This document shows positions 28,186 to 36,619 of a stretch of 64,000 nucleotides of DNA, in pieces. The translations under genes were made by a program, and so were the position numbers. Origin of the DNA: an uncultured Gammaproteobacteria bacterium (GTDB lineage: Bacteria; Patescibacteriota; Patescibacteriia; Magasanikbacterales; GWA2-37-8); the NCBI GenBank assembly GCA_964536725.1, contig CAZHYJ010000003.1:39065-103064 (forward strand), read 5' to 3'. Numbering within the stretch: position 1 is the stretch's first letter; every line of letters starts with the position of its first letter. Under the pieces are notes generated by a model. It was not told the DNA's origin. It searched no databases and worked only from the letters and a program-made list of their open reading frames with translations.

Positions 28186-28192
28186 TTGCCGG

Positions 28193-28225
28193 GGCAGTAG
28201 CTAAAAACTACTGCCTTTTATTTTT
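28193..28225 (+). terminator. Intrinsic terminator
   Basis: ggcagtag-ctaaaaa-ctactgcc followed by a T-rich tail. Confidence 0.75.
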
Positions 28226-28272
28226 ATTGACTAAACCGCCTAAAAGTAGCATAATAATTATGACAATTTAAT

Positions 28273-28420
28273 GACCTAAACCATTGGGTAAAATCGGTGG
28301 CATGGTCGAAAAACGTATACACACAGAGATGGACTCACCATCTTTGGTATGTGTATGCGTCAATATTCGAAAGGATATTGGGGTCCGAAAGGTCCCGCCA
28401 AAGTATGGTAGTCCTTTTTT
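28273..28420 (+). ncRNA. Candidate structured RNA / switchable leader (family unknown)
   Basis: Four adjacent hairpins with G-U pairs, two GAAA tetraloops and an alternative stem before a T-run; upstream TTGACT-17-CATAAT. Confidence 0.6.
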
Positions 28421-28438
28421 GTATATAATTATTTTTTT

Positions 28439-28996
28439 ATGTCTTTCCTAGATTATATTTCGGGCAGAGTCGGTACAATTAACAAACTCAGAGACTTAGT
28501 TTGCGGAAAATACCGAAATCGCATAGACAATGTTTTGTCATCTGGCAATAAAGATGTATCAACTTCACCGGAATTTAGTGTTTGTTTGATGGCCGTTATT
28601 CACACTGAATACATGATACTTAATTCTTTTCAGCCAGATGTTGATTTGTTTATGAAGTATTCAAATAATATTTCTGAACATTATTTTGATGAAATATATA
28701 AAATAATGGTTGTTTGGTTTATCTACCATAATTTTAAACTTTTCCCAGAGACAAAGAATATTGATGAAAAAAAATTCCAAACTTTTTTAGCTTTAATATT
28801 TGAAATACTGCCTGATAAATTTGAATATATCCAAAATAATTTTATCAATTCTGGCAATGACATTGACGGTTATTTTGAACAAATATGTAATTGCATTTCA
28901 GCAAACAAGAACGATTCTATGGCGTTCATTAAATTTTCAAAACTTGCAGCGGAAAGTCACAAAAGTGCATTATCTATTTTAACAAACGGTGTTTAG
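28439..28996 (+). CDS. Hypothetical protein (element cargo)
   Basis: 185-aa AT-rich ORF with no motif I recognise. Confidence 0.6.
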   Translation: MSFLDYISGRVGTINKLRDLVCGKYRNRIDNVLSSGNKDVSTSPEFSVCLMAVIHTEYMILNSFQPDVDLFMKYSNNISEHYFDEIYKIMVVWFIYHNFKLFPETKNIDEKKFQTFLALIFEILPDKFEYIQNNFINSGNDIDGYFEQICNCISANKNDSMAFIKFSKLAAESHKSALSILTNGV

Positions 28997-29022
28997 CTTA
29001 GTTGTTTAAATATAATTAGCAT

Positions 29023-30315
29023 ATGAATAAATATCTTAAGTTGCTTCCAATTTTTCTGTTGTTTGGTTTGTTGTTTATAAAACCAGTAAAAGCAACAATG
29101 GCATGCATGGAGGGTGTTCCAGATGTGAACACAATGAATAGCTGGCCACGTGAGCAATTAGATGCGTTCAATAGGCAATTACAGGCCAATTGTCAGCGTG
29201 AAAGAGATGCTATAGCGGCAGAGGCAGAATATCAGGCCAACTTAGTAGAGATAGAGTATCAAGGGTATGTTGATAGTTTTAATATTCACCAGAAGGCGCT
29301 GGATGGTTTAAAAGAAGCTAATCTTGCGTTGTATAATAAATGTCATACTAGTTCTTTGTCTATTTGCATAATAGGGGATAGTGTTACGGACTTATCAAAC
29401 CAATCTTTTGGCCAGTTAAGTGTAATAGTCGCTTCAAAAGTAAATTGCGTGAATGCGATTAATAAATGCATGTCGGCAGAGCAAGACAATACTAAGTATG
29501 ATGCTTTGTGTAAAAATACTCTTGGACCATACGGAGCTTTGGATCGTTTGACTTCTGACACTTATTATTGCAAGTGTATTGGTGGTTATGTGAAATCAAA
29601 TAATCGTTGTGTAGATGTTGCAACGGATAATGATAGTGGTTGTAAAAGTAGATACGGTAATAATAGTTATTTTTTAAAAATCAAAGACGACGGTACGGTG
29701 ACTTGCGATTGCGTTTCGGGTTATAAATGGCAGGGCAATACTTGCGTTAAAGATGTGCCTGTTTTAGCTCCAATAACTGTGACTACGCCAGACCAATTAT
29801 GTCAAAATAAATATGGGCAATTTTCTAAATCTATTTCAAATGTAAATGGTCAAAATATATGCGATTGTTTAGGTGGTTATAGCTGGAATCAAGGTCAGAC
29901 CCAGTGCGTTAAATTAGAAGATAATAAAGTTGTTGATTGTAAGAAAGGTACTGTTGATCGTAGTGGAGTATGTTTGACTCCACAACAAGATTGTGAAAAT
30001 TCCTATGGCCCAGATGCTAAAGCAGTTGAAGATGGTTCCGATTTGGGATATACTTGTCCTGTGGTACCGAAAAATACCAAATCAAAAATTGTCGAAAATC
30101 CACCAGTAGAGAAAATTAAAACGCTTGATATAGAAGTGGTCAAATTGGACAATGGCAACAAAATTGTTTCATCCACAGTGCCACTGTTAACAGATGTAAT
30201 GAATAATATAACAATCACAACACCACCTCAAATAAGTATAGAAAAACCAAAACCGGTAAGTATCTTTTTTAACGCCATAAAATCATTCTTCCGCTCTATT
30301 TTCAGATTAAGATAA
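29023..30315 (+). CDS. Secreted Cys-rich protein with EGF-like repeats
   Basis: Signal peptide; repeats of C...(Y/L)G......C.C..GY......C. Confidence 0.75.
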   Translation: MNKYLKLLPIFLLFGLLFIKPVKATMACMEGVPDVNTMNSWPREQLDAFNRQLQANCQRERDAIAAEAEYQANLVEIEYQGYVDSFNIHQKALDGLKEANLALYNKCHTSSLSICIIGDSVTDLSNQSFGQLSVIVASKVNCVNAINKCMSAEQDNTKYDALCKNTLGPYGALDRLTSDTYYCKCIGGYVKSNNRCVDVATDNDSGCKSRYGNNSYFLKIKDDGTVTCDCVSGYKWQGNTCVKDVPVLAPITVTTPDQLCQNKYGQFSKSISNVNGQNICDCLGGYSWNQGQTQCVKLEDNKVVDCKKGTVDRSGVCLTPQQDCENSYGPDAKAVEDGSDLGYTCPVVPKNTKSKIVENPPVEKIKTLDIEVVKLDNGNKIVSSTVPLLTDVMNNITITTPPQISIEKPKPVSIFFNAIKSFFRSIFRLR

Positions 30316-30368
30316 TCTGTGGTATAAATAAGCACAGCTTAGTTCACTAATTCCTAGCCACAAACCAT

Positions 30369-31250
30369 ATGAAGCAATTCTTTTTAAATCTGCTAAAATT
30401 AGCCTTCTCTTTTATCACGATAGTGTCTATTATCGCCGTCTGGATGACTCTATCATATTATGTTATTAAAGTTTGCGTACCAGCCTTCTCCGTTGACACA
30501 AGCACCGATACTTCAACGACAGAAACAGTAGAAAGCACCGAAGAAGACTGCAATGTTTACGGTATAAACCTCCACGGTGACGTTATTACATATCACACAC
30601 CCGACTCATTTAATAGCGAAGGTGACCTAATGTTTGACCAAACCTCAGCTGATGTAGTAATGAGGCTTATTACCGAAGCAGAAAATGATGATGATATTAA
30701 ATACGTAATAGTTGAAATATCTTCTTCTGGTGGATCACCAGCCGCTGGTTTTGAAATGATGCAGGCGTTTAGAAGTTCGACCAAGCCAGTAGTTGCGTTT
30801 GCTAGGGATGGTGCTATGTCTGCAGCCTATTTGGCGGCAACAGGGGCACAAACAATATTTGCGTCTCACGCTTCAGATATAGGTTCAATCGGGGTAACGG
30901 CCTCATATCTAGAGAATGTGGAACAAAACAAAAAGGAGGGATTAAAATATATTGATTTAAGTGTTGGAAAATTTAAAGACACAATGAACCCAAACCGCGC
31001 GCTTACCAACGAAGAAAAACAACTAATAATGCGAGACATTGTATTATTGAATGAAAATTTTATAAAAACAGTAGCCGAAAATCGTAAATTAGACATTAAA
31101 AAAGTCCGCCTACTTGCTGATGGATCCACGATGATGGGGGAGGATGCTCTTAAGAATGGTTTGATTGATAAAATCGGGAACTTATATGATGTGGAGGATT
31201 TTGTTAAAGATAAAATAGGGGAGGAAGTAAATATTTGCTGGAAGAATTAA
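30369..31250 (+). CDS. sppA: Signal peptide peptidase SppA (S49)
   Basis: SSGGS, AMSAAY, GSIGV and GLIDKIG motifs. Confidence 0.88.
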   Translation: MKQFFLNLLKLAFSFITIVSIIAVWMTLSYYVIKVCVPAFSVDTSTDTSTTETVESTEEDCNVYGINLHGDVITYHTPDSFNSEGDLMFDQTSADVVMRLITEAENDDDIKYVIVEISSSGGSPAAGFEMMQAFRSSTKPVVAFARDGAMSAAYLAATGAQTIFASHASDIGSIGVTASYLENVEQNKKEGLKYIDLSVGKFKDTMNPNRALTNEEKQLIMRDIVLLNENFIKTVAENRKLDIKKVRLLADGSTMMGEDALKNGLIDKIGNLYDVEDFVKDKIGEEVNICWKN

Positions 31251-31428
31251 GTATTAAAAGGGGCTAAATAGCAATAGTTTAGACCTTTTTTATATTATTA
31301 ATTACTTTACTTAACATGGCAATCTTCTGATGGTAATTATCTAACCGGAATTTTTATTAGGTTAGCCGGATCGGTAGTTTACATGTTGGTGCCGCTTATT
31401 TTGAAGGACTTAAAACTTTGGTAGCACT

Positions 31429-31593
31429 ATGATGTCAGATCAAGAATTTAGAAAACATTTACCTAAAGACAAAGAGTGCACTGATGAAGAAGTAAATGAA
31501 TTAAGAAGAGTAATGTATGGCTTGGCAGATCTTGCCTTTGATAAGTGGGTAAAGGAGAAGGGGATTAAGGTTGATAAGTTAAATGCGGAGTAG
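31429..31593 (+). CDS. 54-aa helical protein next to the att site (unannotated)
   Basis: MMSDQEFRKHLPKDKECTDEEVNELRRVMYGLADLAFDKWVKEKGIKVDKLNAE. Confidence 0.6.
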   Translation: MMSDQEFRKHLPKDKECTDEEVNELRRVMYGLADLAFDKWVKEKGIKVDKLNAE

Positions 31594-31652
31594 TTTGAAT
31601 TTGGTATTGTTTTCTGTTAAACTGCCAGCAGTGTTTAAGCGGTGTTTAAAGT

Positions 31653-31698
31653 CTAAACATTAGACTAACACTTCAAGAAGTGTCATGGTAATGTTTAG
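31653..31698. other. Symmetric attP-like junction (P-P')
   Basis: ctaaacatta-gacta-acacttc AA gaagtgt-catgg-taatgtttag: 22-bp arms with inverted repeats around a central AA. Confidence 0.85.
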
Positions 31699-31700
31699 GC

Positions 31701-31729
31701 AAAAATGGCTCTGTACAGGGCCATTTTTT
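31701..31729 (+). terminator. Intrinsic terminator homologous to the one after secA
   Basis: aaaaatggctct-gtac-agggccattttt, with compensatory changes relative to 21480-21509. Confidence 0.8.
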
Positions 31730-31733
31730 AAAC

Positions 31734-31769
31734 TTGACATTCGTCTAATTTCCGTCTATAATACGTCTA
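31734..31769 (+). promoter_or_regulatory. Consensus promoter of fic with three CGTCTA repeats
   Basis: TTGACA-17 bp-TATAAT; CGTCTA at 31742, 31753 and 31764. Confidence 0.8.
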
Positions 31770-31791
31770 TAAAGTACTTCATTCAAACCCT

Positions 31792-32823
31792 ATGTTCCAG
31801 CCAAAATACACCATTACACCAAGGTTGTTGGCTAATATCAAAAGAATAGCTGAGTTGGTGGTTGAATTAAACAGCAGACATTTTCCTAAAATTGTCTTAT
31901 TGGATTTCGAAAAAAGAGCCAGAGAAATTTCGGCTCATTCTTCCACCGGCATAGAGGGCAATCCTTTACCCTTAACTGAAGTAAAACGTTTGTTAAAACA
32001 TGCGCCAGAGCGTAGGCGAGATAGTGAGAAAGAAGTATTAAATTACAACAATGCTTTGGAATATTTAAACAGTCTGCTTAATCAGAGTGGTTTTAAATTT
32101 GATTTGAATTTAATTTTGGATATTCAAAAGAAGGTTACCGCTGATTTGATTCACGAATTTCGTTCTGGTAAAATTCGCCAGGAACCGGTGTTTGTAAATA
32201 ATCCCCAAACTCGACGGACGGTTTATTATCCACCAGATCATCAGGATGTTCCAAACATGGTAAGTGATTTGTTGCAATTTACAGCAGTTAACGAAAGCAA
32301 ACTCGATCCGTTGGTGGTAGCTGGTATTTTTCACAAGCAGTTTGTAGTTATTCATCCTTTTGTTGATGGCAACGGACGAACTACTCGTTTGGCCACGAAA
32401 ATGCTTTTAGCCAGAATGGGTTTAAATACTTTTAATCTATTTAGTTTTGAAAATTATTATAACAATAATGTCACTAAATATTTTCAAAATGTTGGTTTAA
32501 TCGGCAACTACTATGATTTAAAAAACGATATTGATTTTACCCTGTGGCTAGAATATTTTACTGATGGTATTATTGATGAGCTCTTAAGAGTCGGTGGAGA
32601 ATTGGTTAAAACAAATATCACACCGGAAAATGAGTTAAAACCTTACCATCAAGAAATATTAAGCTATATCAAGAATAATAATTTTATCAAAGACAGCGAT
32701 TACTCTAAACTTACCAAGCGAGCCAAACCAACAAGGAATTTAGATTTTAGAAAGTTAATTGAGCTTGGTTTAATTGAAAAACAGGGCAAGGGTAAAAGTA
32801 CCTACTATATTTTGAAGAAATAA
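31792..32823 (+). CDS. Fic family protein (class II) with C-terminal winged HTH
   Basis: HPFVDGNGRTTR catalytic motif; SSTGIEGN inhibitory motif; LIELGLIEKQGKGKSTYY. Confidence 0.93.
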   Translation: MFQPKYTITPRLLANIKRIAELVVELNSRHFPKIVLLDFEKRAREISAHSSTGIEGNPLPLTEVKRLLKHAPERRRDSEKEVLNYNNALEYLNSLLNQSGFKFDLNLILDIQKKVTADLIHEFRSGKIRQEPVFVNNPQTRRTVYYPPDHQDVPNMVSDLLQFTAVNESKLDPLVVAGIFHKQFVVIHPFVDGNGRTTRLATKMLLARMGLNTFNLFSFENYYNNNVTKYFQNVGLIGNYYDLKNDIDFTLWLEYFTDGIIDELLRVGGELVKTNITPENELKPYHQEILSYIKNNNFIKDSDYSKLTKRAKPTRNLDFRKLIELGLIEKQGKGKSTYYILKK

Positions 32824-32824
32824 T

Positions 32825-32870
32825 GTAAACATTAAATTAACACTTTAAGAAGTGTCATGGGGTGTAAAGC
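32825..32870 (+). other. attR-like site (P-B') holding the probable original secA 3' end
   Basis: gtaaacattaaattaacacttt AA gaagtgtcatggggtgtaa, which reads FKKCHGV*. Confidence 0.82.
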
Positions 32871-32873
32871 GAT

Positions 32874-33317
32874 ATGGAAGATAAAAAAGATTTGTATTTC
32901 GTCGCGGTTAAAGTCTTTTTGCAAAATAGCGAAGGAAAACTTTTGATTACGAAAGATAAGTTTGGTGATTGGGATATCCCGGGTGGGAGATTGCGTGACA
33001 ATGATTTTAACGTACCTCTTGAGGAGGTTGTCGCTAGAAAGATAAAAGAGGAATTAGGGGAGATTTCATACAAATTGGGTGAGCCCGCCGTTTTTATGCG
33101 TCACGAGCGAGACGAAATCTTGTCGACAGGCGAAAGAGAAAAGCGCAGAATTTTTGCAATTGGTTACAAGGCGGAATATTTGGGTGGCGATTTGAAATTG
33201 GGAGGCAACCATGAAAAGTTAGAATGGGTAGATCTGAATAATTTTATTCCGGAGGATTATTTCACCGGTGGCTGGTTACAAGGGGTGAAAGAGTTTCAAT
33301 TTAAATATGGAAGATAA
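32874..33317 (+). CDS. NUDIX hydrolase
   Basis: WDIPGG.....ARKIKEELG Nudix box variant. Confidence 0.85.
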   Translation: MEDKKDLYFVAVKVFLQNSEGKLLITKDKFGDWDIPGGRLRDNDFNVPLEEVVARKIKEELGEISYKLGEPAVFMRHERDEILSTGEREKRRIFAIGYKAEYLGGDLKLGGNHEKLEWVDLNNFIPEDYFTGGWLQGVKEFQFKYGR

Positions 33318-33522
33318 AATTAAACAAGGAGTTTACGAGCATTATTCAGGGAAACGTTATCAGTTAGTTGGTGTAGCGAAACACAGTGAGAATTTAGAAG
33401 AATTGGTTGTATACAAAGCTCTCTACGGCGAAGGTCAGATTTGGGTGCGGCCAATTGGTATGTGGTTTGAAGAGGTAGAGTGCGAAGGAAAGAAGATGCC
33501 GCGGTTCAGATTAGTTGAATAA
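33307..33522 (+). CDS. DUF1653 protein
   Basis: GVYEHYSG.RY, AKHSE..E.LVVYKALYG and WVRP motifs. Confidence 0.88.
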   Translation: MEDKIKQGVYEHYSGKRYQLVGVAKHSENLEELVVYKALYGEGQIWVRPIGMWFEEVECEGKKMPRFRLVE

Positions 33523-33524
33523 TT

Positions 33525-33983
33525 ATGATAAAAAAAATTTTAACACTCGCATTGGTTGTTAAAGAAAATGAAGTTCTTTTAGGGATGAAAAAACGTGGTT
33601 TTGGTATGGGGTGGTGGAATGGGTTTGGTGGTAAGGTAGAGCCGGGAGAAAGTATTGTCGAAGCAGCTAAGCGAGAAATGCGCGAAGAGTCCAATGTAGA
33701 AATAGTTGCGATGGAAGAAATTGGGTTGATTGATTTTTATTTTGTTGGCAATCCGATTCCTTGGGAAGTTCATCTTTTTAAAGTATCGGAATATTCTGGC
33801 GAGCCAGTTGAGTCCGAAGAAATGTTACCGAAGTGGTTTCCACTAGAAAATCCGCCATTTGATAAAATGTGGGCGGACGATCCGGTCTGGTATCCATATT
33901 TTTTAAGAGGCGAACGGTTTAATGCTGAGTTTTGGTTTGATGAGAATAAAAAAGTGGAAAAATTTAATATCGAAAAAATTTAG
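33525..33983 (+). CDS. 8-oxo-dGTP diphosphatase (MTH1/NUDT1-like)
   Basis: KKRGFG.G.WNGFGGKVEPGE...EAAKREMREES; MWADD. Confidence 0.9.
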   Translation: MIKKILTLALVVKENEVLLGMKKRGFGMGWWNGFGGKVEPGESIVEAAKREMREESNVEIVAMEEIGLIDFYFVGNPIPWEVHLFKVSEYSGEPVESEEMLPKWFPLENPPFDKMWADDPVWYPYFLRGERFNAEFWFDENKKVEKFNIEKI

Positions 33984-34004
33984 TAGTGTCCGCAGTTTTG
34001 CATA

Positions 34005-34034
34005 TAAAATATCCCGATTTAATTCGGGATATTT
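34005..34034. terminator. Bidirectional terminator
   Basis: aaaatatcccga-tttaat-tcgggatatttt between convergent genes. Confidence 0.8.
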
Positions 34035-34050
34035 TGTTGCTAATGAGATT

Positions 34051-35454
34051 TTATGTTGTTTTGTGCCGCTTTAATAGGTAGGTTAATATTGGTGGTGTAA
34101 GAAGAGTAGATAATATTACCATGATGATTATGATAGAAAATATTTCATCATTGATAATGTTTAAAGATTTGCCGATCATAGCAAAGATTAGACCGACTTC
34201 GCCGCGTGGTATCATGCCAAATCCTACAATATATTTGTTGACTTTTCCTGCAGCTAAACCGGACACTATTTTTCCAACAAATGCTGTGGCGGTAATCGCC
34301 AGAGCGGTTAGTAATATCGGTAGATTAAACATTGTTTCCAACTTTACATTCATACCAGTAACAACAAAGAAAATCGGGATCAAAAACATTCCGATTGGTT
34401 GTATTAAATCCTCAACATGTCTTTCAGAATGTGGTTCGATAGCGTGTAAAACTTTTGCTTTGTCCTCAGTGTTCAAGTTTGCGGTCGCTTCTTTAACATC
34501 AGCCACTATGTGTGGATCTTTAAAATATGAAAAATGTACTGGATCTAAAACCAATCCCGCCGCAAACGCACCAACAATTGGAGCTAAACCAATTTTTTGC
34601 GCCAAAAATGAAATTATCAGACCGAAGCTGATAGCTAAAGTAAATTTCATGCCTACGCCGGTGTGTATTTTGGCGAATAGTTTACCGAGCTGTGGGGCCA
34701 ATAATTGACCAATGACAATTGATCCGACTAAAAACAAAATTGCTTTGGCTGTGATCCAACCAATCATACCAAGACTTACACCGCCAACTGTCGCGATAGC
34801 TGAAACAATTGCCAGAATAATTAAACCCAGAACGTCGTCGATTACCGCTGCCCCCAAAACAATCTGTGCTTCCGGTATGTGCAACTTTTTTAGATCTTGA
34901 AAAACTCGCGCGGTAATACCGACCGATGTGGCGGTTAGAGCGGCCCCAATGAATAAATAAGCATTGGATGATAGCCCAGGCAAGATCCAGGGGCCAACTA
35001 TATATGCACCCAATACAAATGGCACAACAACACCTACGCAAGCCACCAAAAAGGCGCGCAAACCAACCTGTTTCATTTTTTGAATATTGGATTCCAAACC
35101 GATTTGGAACAACAAAATAACCACACCCAATTCAGATAAAAAAGTGATAATTGAATCTTGTTTGATTGGTTCAAATATCATTATCCCGAGTAGTGCAAGA
35201 TTGCCCATAATGACGCCGATGACAAGTTCGCCCAATACCGATGGTTGTCCAATTTTTTCGACTAAGCTAGAAATTTTTGCCATGATAAGTATGACTGCAA
35301 TCCAGAGAAATGTATAAGCCGCGGAATGTCCTGTGCCGCCGCTGTTTTCTGAGGCAAAGACGAAAGATCCTAAAAACAGAGATGTGATCAAAGAGGCGAT
35401 GACCACATTTTTTAGTTTGATGTTTTTCCAATTGGATAATGACGAAAATTTCAT
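34051..35454 (-). CDS. Cation:proton antiporter (CPA2/NapA-like)
   Basis: ATSVGIT, AAVIDD and PRGEVGL motifs; multiple TM helices. Confidence 0.92.
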   Translation of the reverse strand: MKFSSLSNWKNIKLKNVVIASLITSLFLGSFVFASENSGGTGHSAAYTFLWIAVILIMAKISSLVEKIGQPSVLGELVIGVIMGNLALLGIMIFEPIKQDSIITFLSELGVVILLFQIGLESNIQKMKQVGLRAFLVACVGVVVPFVLGAYIVGPWILPGLSSNAYLFIGAALTATSVGITARVFQDLKKLHIPEAQIVLGAAVIDDVLGLIILAIVSAIATVGGVSLGMIGWITAKAILFLVGSIVIGQLLAPQLGKLFAKIHTGVGMKFTLAISFGLIISFLAQKIGLAPIVGAFAAGLVLDPVHFSYFKDPHIVADVKEATANLNTEDKAKVLHAIEPHSERHVEDLIQPIGMFLIPIFFVVTGMNVKLETMFNLPILLTALAITATAFVGKIVSGLAAGKVNKYIVGFGMIPRGEVGLIFAMIGKSLNIINDEIFSIIIIMVILSTLLTPPILTYLLKRHKTT

Positions 35455-35572
35455 ATTTGTTAGTTAAAAAATAAAGACGGAGATAATTATACCTGTTTTA
35501 TTGTTTTCTTTCAAGACTCTGTTCAAAAGCATGGTGTGTATGTTATAATATTTGAATATAAAAATATAAAAT

Positions 35573-36526
35573 ATGTTTTTTCCTATAATTTTAATCGTCG
35601 TCAGTTTGGTAATTCTAATTTTGGGGGCAGAGGGGTTGGTGCGCGGAGCATCTTCGATTGCCAAGAAGGCTGGCATCTCGTCTTTGGTTATCGGTTTAAC
35701 AGTTGTTGCTTTTGGTACTTCCGCTCCGGAATTGATTGTTAATTTATTTTCTGCCCTTAAAGGTTCTTCAGAAATTGCGATTGGAAATATAGTTGGTAGT
35801 AATATTGCTAACATCTTTTTAATTTTAGGTTTATCGGCAATTATTTATCCACTCTCTGTTAAGAGGAGTACTGTCTGGAAAGAGATCCCGTTTGCTCTTT
35901 TGGCGATGGTCTTGGTCTATACTATGGGTAACGATATGTTTTTTGATGGGGCAAGCTACAACGCTATCACTCGCACTGATGGGTTTGCTTTGATTAGTAT
36001 TTTTATTATCTTCATGTTTTATACTTTTGGGATTGCCAAGAGTGGAGGAGAAGGTGAACAGGTGAGTGCATACAATTGGCCAATTTCTCTTCTCTTAACT
36101 ATTACTGGTTTGGTATTTTTGTTTTTTGGTGGAAAGTTGTTGGTAGACAACGCAGTGATACTGGCTCGTATGGCTGGTTTATCTGAAGCTTTAATTGGTC
36201 TAACAATCGTCGCTGTTGGTACTTCGTTGCCAGAATTAGCGACTTCGTTGGTGGCGGTTTATCATCACCATGACGATATTGCTATCGGTAATATTGTTGG
36301 TTCGAATATTTTTAATGTTTTTTGGATTTTGGGTGCAACTGGTACAATATTACAGTTACCTTTTAATTCAAATGTTAATATTGATGTGCTGGTCGGTATT
36401 TTTGCCACAGTTTTACTTTTTCTTTTTATGTTTGTCGGCTCGCGCCGAAAATTGGATCGTTGGCAAGGTTTTCTTTTTGTGGCTATGTATGCCGCTTATG
36501 TCGTCTATTTGGTTCAAAGGGGCTAA
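35573..36526 (+). CDS. Calcium/sodium antiporter (YrbG family)
   Basis: Alpha repeats GTSAPE/GTSLPE and GNIVGSNI. Confidence 0.93.
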   Translation: MFFPIILIVVSLVILILGAEGLVRGASSIAKKAGISSLVIGLTVVAFGTSAPELIVNLFSALKGSSEIAIGNIVGSNIANIFLILGLSAIIYPLSVKRSTVWKEIPFALLAMVLVYTMGNDMFFDGASYNAITRTDGFALISIFIIFMFYTFGIAKSGGEGEQVSAYNWPISLLLTITGLVFLFFGGKLLVDNAVILARMAGLSEALIGLTIVAVGTSLPELATSLVAVYHHHDDIAIGNIVGSNIFNVFWILGATGTILQLPFNSNVNIDVLVGIFATVLLFLFMFVGSRRKLDRWQGFLFVAMYAAYVVYLVQRG

Positions 36527-36619
36527 AATTAGCAATAACTTCAGCGGTTTTGCGCCCCTTGCCAAAAAACACAAAAAGAGCTAGAATATACGCGCTTTTA
36601 ACGCTATATTTTTTTATCT

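Larger units (their letters stand above)
21454..31676. mobile_element. Integrative element with a large serine recombinase, inserted in secA
   Basis: Bounded by att repeats with core aagaagtgtcat; recombinase gene next to attL; phage/plasmid-like small genes; visibly AT-richer than the flanks. Confidence 0.88.
31677..32846. mobile_element. Non-autonomous att-flanked cassette carrying a fic gene
   Basis: Starts with a P' arm plus terminator homologous to 21456-21509 and ends with a P arm homologous to 31653-31674. Confidence 0.75.

Noticed and set aside
28273-28420. c-di-GMP-I riboswitch or retron ncRNA
   Set aside because: A tetraloop and receptor-like parts are present, but their order and the conserved junction nucleotides do not fit, and there is no reverse transcriptase nearby.
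21604-31593. Complete prophage
   Set aside because: No recognisable terminase, portal, capsid or tail genes, and the element is only ~10 kb.
34121-34708. Long antisense ORFs inside the antiporter, secA, mreB, folD and other genes
   Set aside because: They are shadow frames of well-supported genes and have no motifs of their own.
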